DNA of 64,000 bases from an uncultured Bacillota bacterium (GTDB lineage: Bacteria > Sysuimicrobiota > Sysuimicrobiia > Sysuimicrobiales > Segetimicrobiaceae): NCBI GenBank assembly GCA_963804645.1, contig CAWDRG010000010.1:32001-96000 (forward strand). The letters run 5' to 3'. The translations under genes were made by a program, and so were the position numbers. Under the pieces are notes generated by a model that was not told where the DNA came from, did no database searches, and saw only the letters and a program-made list of their open reading frames with translations. Shown here piece by piece: positions 59,829 through 64,000 of this stretch. The stretch's first letter is position 1, and the number at the start of each line of letters is the position of its first letter.

Positions 59829-60953
59829 CTACGGTGACGCCGCCGCCTCCGGTTCGCGCGCCGCGGCACCCCGGGGCTCGAAGCCGTACAGCTCCGCCGC
59901 GGTGTCGTAGAAGATCCGTCGCCCAAGGTCCTGGGGCAGCCGCGGGAACGCGTCGGCCGGCGAGTCGAAGTCCCAGTGCGGGTAGTCCGACGCAAACATC
60001 AGGGTCCGCTCCGCGCGGTTCCATTGAAAGACTTCCAGGAGGTGGGCGGGCTGCTCCGGCTCCTCGAGCGGCTGGGACGTAAACCGGACGTGCTCCCACA
60101 CGTACTCGCTCGGCGGCCGCGTAACCCAGGGGGTCTGATCGCGCAGACCCTTCCAGTCCGCATCCAGGCGCCACAGGAACGGTGCCAGCCACGCGTACCC
60201 GCCCTCGATGAACACCACGCGCAGCCGCGGGAACTTCTCGAAGACGCCCTCGAAGATCAGGCTGGTGAGGTGGGTCATGTACCCCTGCGGCCGGACCTGG
60301 CGGTTCTCCACGTAGTACGAGCCGTAGCCGGCGACCGACGGCTGGCCGTTGATCCCGGCGCCCTCGCTGCCGGTGTGCAGCGCGAACGGAAGTCCGAGCG
60401 CCTGGCACGCCTCGAAGATCGGGTGGTAGTAGCGGTTGCCGTACGGCAGCCGCGCCCCGTTCGCGACCAGCACCTCGACGATCGATGGGTGCGGGCCGGT
60501 GCGCTCGATCTCCCGCACCGCCTGGCCCACGTCCTGGGTGGCGATCAGCATCGCGCCCCGGAGCCGCGGCTCCCGCTCGAGCCAGTGCTCGATCAGGAAC
60601 TGATTGTACGCGCGCGCGAGCGCGGCGGCGTAGTCGGCGTCCGGAAGCGTCCCGAGCGGCCGCAGCTCCTGCCCGAGGAGAATCGCGTACGCCACGTGGT
60701 ACCGGTCCAGCAGCTGCTCGCGCAGCAGGTCGAGATCGGATCCCGCGTACCCGCCTCCGGCGGGCCACGCGTCGGCCCGGTAGCCGCGGTCGCCGCCGTT
60801 GAGGTAGCCGCCGCTCGGGAGGTTGACGCCCCACTGCTTGATGTCTTCCTGGTACACGCGCGGCAGGTAGGGCAGGATCTCCTTCATGCCGCGGTCGTGG
60901 AACCGGTTGTGGACGTCGCAGTCGATGATCGGAGCGGTCGGCGTCGCCGCCAT
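59829..60953 (-). CDS. amidohydrolase family 2 protein
   Basis: IIDCDVH, LHTG, GVFEKFP.L, EGG..W, FASDYPHWD. Confidence 0.9.
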   Translation of the reverse strand: MAATPTAPIIDCDVHNRFHDRGMKEILPYLPRVYQEDIKQWGVNLPSGGYLNGGDRGYRADAWPAGGGYAGSDLDLLREQLLDRYHVAYAILLGQELRPLGTLPDADYAAALARAYNQFLIEHWLEREPRLRGAMLIATQDVGQAVREIERTGPHPSIVEVLVANGARLPYGNRYYHPIFEACQALGLPFALHTGSEGAGINGQPSVAGYGSYYVENRQVRPQGYMTHLTSLIFEGVFEKFPRLRVVFIEGGYAWLAPFLWRLDADWKGLRDQTPWVTRPPSEYVWEHVRFTSQPLEEPEQPAHLLEVFQWNRAERTLMFASDYPHWDFDSPADAFPRLPQDLGRRIFYDTAAELYGFEPRGAAAREPEAAASP

Positions 60954-60990
60954 CGCGCGTGCCTCCTCGCGGCCGGGCCTGTCCCGCCGG

Positions 60991-61395
60991 TCAGGCGTGC
61001 AGGATCACCAGCTCGCCCTCGGTCGTCACCGAGAACGTCTCCAAGACGACGTCCTCGACGACGGGCCGTTCGATCGTCACGTCGTACGTCTTCACCCGCA
61101 TCCGGTGCGGGTTGAAGTACGTGCGCCCCGTCGCGATCTCGAACTCCCATCCGTGCCAGGGGCACTGGATGATCTCGTCATCCCGCGCGTACACCCGCTC
61201 GTACGGCCGCCCGGGAAGCGTCGTGCCCTTAATCCGACCGAGGCAGAGGGGCGCCCCCTGGTGCGGGCACCGGTTCCGAAGGGCAAAGAACCGGCCGCGG
61301 ATATTGAACACCCCGATCGACCGGCCGTCGACGGTCACGATTGTCCGGCTGCCGGGAGGCAGCTCCGTCACCTTCCCTACCACGCACCGTGACAT
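60991..61395 (-). CDS. Rieske (2Fe-2S) ferredoxin
   Basis: CPHQGAPL...CPWHGWEF. Confidence 0.92.
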   Translation of the reverse strand: MSRCVVGKVTELPPGSRTIVTVDGRSIGVFNIRGRFFALRNRCPHQGAPLCLGRIKGTTLPGRPYERVYARDDEIIQCPWHGWEFEIATGRTYFNPHRMRVKTYDVTIERPVVEDVVLETFSVTTEGELVILHA

Positions 61396-61568
61396 CGGCG
61401 GCGCACCCGCGCTCGGCGTGCCTCACCTTACGCGGCGGGGCGGGCCGAATCCTCCGCGTTCCCCGGGACGGCCCGCGCGCCGCGTGGGAGGCGGAGAGAT
61501 GCGCGGCGAACTTCCCGTCCGAGAGCCGGCGCCTCCCGGGCGCCCCACGTCGAGTAGGAGCGATCCGC

Positions 61569-62708
61569 ATGGCGAACGACGCGTTCACGGAGCGGGGCCC
61601 GAACAACTCCCTGACGGACGTCGGCCGCATCCGCGTCGGCCACGTCACGCTGGTGTCCGGGGACGGTCCGCTCGTCCCGGGCCGCGGCCCCGTGCGCACC
61701 GGGGTCACGGCGATCATCCCCGACGACGACATCTACGAGCACAAGTGCGCCGCCGGCGTCCACGTCATCAACGGCTTCGGCAAGATGACCGGGATCTCGC
61801 AGGTCGAGGAGATGGGCCGCCTCGAGACCCCGATCGCCCTGACGAGCACGCTGTGCGTGTGGCACGCGGCGGACGGGATCGTCGACTATCTCCTGCGCCG
61901 GCACCCGGATCTGGGACGGATCGGACCCACCTGCAACCCGATCGTCGGCGAGTGCAGCGACGCCCGCCTCAACGACATGCGGGGGCGCCACGTGCGCGCG
62001 GAGCACGTGCTCGACGCGCTCGACCGCGCCACGCGCGCGCCGGTCGAGGAGGGCGCCGTCGGCGCCGGCACCGGCATGATCTGCTACGAGATGAAGGGCG
62101 GAATTGGCGCGTCGTCGCGCACCGGCCGCTCGAGCGTGCTCGACCGGGCCGTGACGGTCGGCGGCCTCGTGCTCGCCAACTTCGGGCGGCGCAGGTTTCT
62201 CCGGATCCACGGCTGCCCGGTGGGTACCCTCCTCGATGAGGCCGCGGCGCCGCGGGACGCCGCCGAGCCCGGTTCCGGCCGCGGCGGCTCGGTGATCGTG
62301 ATCCTCGCGACGGACGCGCCGCTGACGTCGCGGCAGCTCACCCGCGTGGCCCGCCGCGCCGCGGCCGGGCTGGCGCGCACCGGATCGGTGTACCACAATC
62401 ACAGTGGAGATTACGTCCTGGCCTTCAGCACCGCGCGGGCGTACCCGCCCTTCCTCGGGGACGAGGACGAGCTGATCAACCCGTTCTTCGAGGCGGCGGC
62501 CGACGTAACCGAAGAGGCGGTGATCCGCGCGCTGCTGTGCGCCCGTCCGATGACCGGACGGGACGGCTATCGCGTCGAGGCCCTCGGCGCGGCGCGGCTC
62601 CGCGACATCTGGGATCGCTGGCGTCGCCGCCCGGACGCGGCACCCGGATCCGCGACCACGGCCGCGCTCGATCTCGAGGGGCTGGTGGGGCCGCGCGTGC
62701 TCGACTGA
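61569..62708 (+). CDS. dmpA: P1/S58 family peptidase (DmpA-like L-aminopeptidase/D-amidase)
   Basis: ATG 61569; NSLTDV, RTGVTAI, NGFGK, EEGAVGAGTG, autoprocessing G|SVIVILATDAPL. Confidence 0.88.
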   Translation: MANDAFTERGPNNSLTDVGRIRVGHVTLVSGDGPLVPGRGPVRTGVTAIIPDDDIYEHKCAAGVHVINGFGKMTGISQVEEMGRLETPIALTSTLCVWHAADGIVDYLLRRHPDLGRIGPTCNPIVGECSDARLNDMRGRHVRAEHVLDALDRATRAPVEEGAVGAGTGMICYEMKGGIGASSRTGRSSVLDRAVTVGGLVLANFGRRRFLRIHGCPVGTLLDEAAAPRDAAEPGSGRGGSVIVILATDAPLTSRQLTRVARRAAAGLARTGSVYHNHSGDYVLAFSTARAYPPFLGDEDELINPFFEAAADVTEEAVIRALLCARPMTGRDGYRVEALGAARLRDIWDRWRRRPDAAPGSATTAALDLEGLVGPRVLD

Positions 62709-62824
62709 GCCGGCCGTGGTAGGTGCGGCCCGACCGGACACCGGCCGAGCGGACCCGGCAGCCGGGAGGGAGTGTGCGGTTCCAGAGACAAGTCTTCACC
62801 CAACACGGTTGCGGAGGGACGCAC

Positions 62825-63442
62825 GTGAAACAACGTACATGGTTTGGCCTGGCACTGGTAGCCGTGTTTGCGATCGGCGTGCTCGCCGCGCCCGCGCTCG
62901 CCGATCCCACGGTGACCGGCGATCCGAGCGCGTGGGCGGACCTCAAAGCCGCGTGGATGAAGCTCTACTCGCTCCCGGGGTTTCGCGCCAAGGTGACGAC
63001 CCAGAACGGCACGGACATTGTGATGGAGTTCGTTCCCCCGGACTCGATGCACATGACCGCGCAGACCCAGGCCGGCCCGATGGAGATGATCAAGGTCGGC
63101 CAGAAGACGGCGATGAAGCTCGGCATGGCGGGCGCGCCGGCCGGATGGCAGTGCCGGGACATCCCCCAACCCACGACCATGCCGGACCTGAATAACGTCC
63201 AGGGAGCGATCAATATCACCCGGGAACCAGATACGAACGTCAACAACACGCCCGTCCACGCGTTTCTCTACAGCGCGACCACGCCCGGATCGCAGACGAC
63301 CAACAAGGGCACCTGGTACATCGGCATCCAGACCGGCCTGCCCGTGCGGTTCCTCATTGATGGAGGACCGGGGAACCAGAGCACCATCGACTACTACGAC
63401 TACGGCGCGGCGATCACGATCACGATGCCCCCCTGCGGGTGA
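62825..63442 (+). CDS. secreted hypothetical protein (possible LolA/LppX-like fold)
   Basis: GTG 62825 after GGAGGG; signal peptide ending PALA-D; beta-rich pattern ending YYDYGAAITITMP. Confidence 0.7.
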   Translation: MKQRTWFGLALVAVFAIGVLAAPALADPTVTGDPSAWADLKAAWMKLYSLPGFRAKVTTQNGTDIVMEFVPPDSMHMTAQTQAGPMEMIKVGQKTAMKLGMAGAPAGWQCRDIPQPTTMPDLNNVQGAINITREPDTNVNNTPVHAFLYSATTPGSQTTNKGTWYIGIQTGLPVRFLIDGGPGNQSTIDYYDYGAAITITMPPCG

Positions 63443-64000
63443 ACGTCAGGCACGGAGCCGCGGCATCGACCACCGCGGGCACGCTCGGTTCGACCACTGA
63501 TCCAGCGCGGCACGCGCGCCTCTCGGGCCGCCGACGCCGGCGGCGCGCCTCCGGGGCGCTGAGCGTCTTCCTCGCCCTCTGCCTCGCCGTCTCGACGATC
63601 CCGTCCGCGGCCGCCCCGCGCGCCCGGGACCCTCGCCGCGTTTCGGACGCTCGACCCGCTCCTCGACGGTCTCGTGCCGGCAACACTCTACCGGCCCGCG
63701 GGCGTCGGCCCGTTTCCCGGCGTCGTGCTGCTCCACGGCTGCGGCGGCCTCGGCCCGTCGATCTACGCGTGGGGGCGATGGCTGCAGGCCGCGGGATACG
63801 AGGCGCTCGTCGTCAACAGCATGGCCCCGCGCTCCGTGAAGACCGTGTGCGTCGTCGGCGGACATCCGACGGACCGCGACCAGGCGCTCGACGCGTTCGG
63901 AGCCCTCGAGTATCTGCGCACGCTGCCGGAGATCGACCCGCACCGCGCCGCCGTGATCGGGTGGTCGCACGGCGGGGGCGCCGCGCTCGAGATCGCCGGC
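63439..64000 (+). CDS. dienelactone hydrolase-family alpha/beta hydrolase, partial at window edge; +1 frameshift near 63617
   Basis: Hand translation: GPFPGVVLLHGCGG...IDPHRAAVIGWSHGG (GxSxG); signal-like LSVFLALCLAVSTIPSAAA lies in the preceding frame. Confidence 0.8.
   Translation, partial: MNVRHGAAASTTAGTLGSTTDPARHARLSGRRRRRRASGALSVFLALCLAVSTIPSAAAPRARDPRRVSDARPAPRRSRAGNTLPARGRRPVSRRRAAPRLRRPRPVDLRVGAMAAGRGIRGARRQQHGPALREDRVRRRRTSDGPRPGARRVRSPRVSAHAAGDRPAPRRRDRVVARRGRRARDRR

Overview
High-GC bacterial chromosomal window. It mixes core genes (serS, leuCD, recR-ybaB-dnaX, a large Bacillus-type SRP RNA, tRNA-Ser(GGA), lepB, tadA, acs) with many catabolic and transport modules: two tandem sugar-binding proteins plus a permease, form II CoxSLM-like molybdo-flavoprotein, an MctP-like symporter, a NrfD/Mo-bisPGD/TorD redox complex, acetoacetyl-CoA ligase, D-aminopeptidases, peptide ABC components and an ECF42-type sigma factor with its DGPF partner. 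I see no integrase, transposase or CRISPR array. The most striking unexplained feature is a tandem pair of small Sec-signal-bearing helical proteins (30222-31140) whose C-terminal ~35 residues align in exact register with the type III secretion needle protein (SctF/PrgI) C-terminal helix, although no T3SS gene lies in the window. Other notable items are a structured ~180-nt leader with a terminator before the aminotransferase-serS operon, an orphan ~720-aa Cys-rich PilX-like minor pilin, a PerR-like/VIT1 operon with a candidate operator, and several gene remnants. About six small frameshifts in otherwise intact genes look like sequencing or assembly indels. All calls are from motif recognition by eye; no database search was run. 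The taxon cannot be fixed from sequence alone. Firmicutes-like SRP RNA and synteny together with non-lipidated binding proteins suggest a diderm Terrabacteria lineage (inference).
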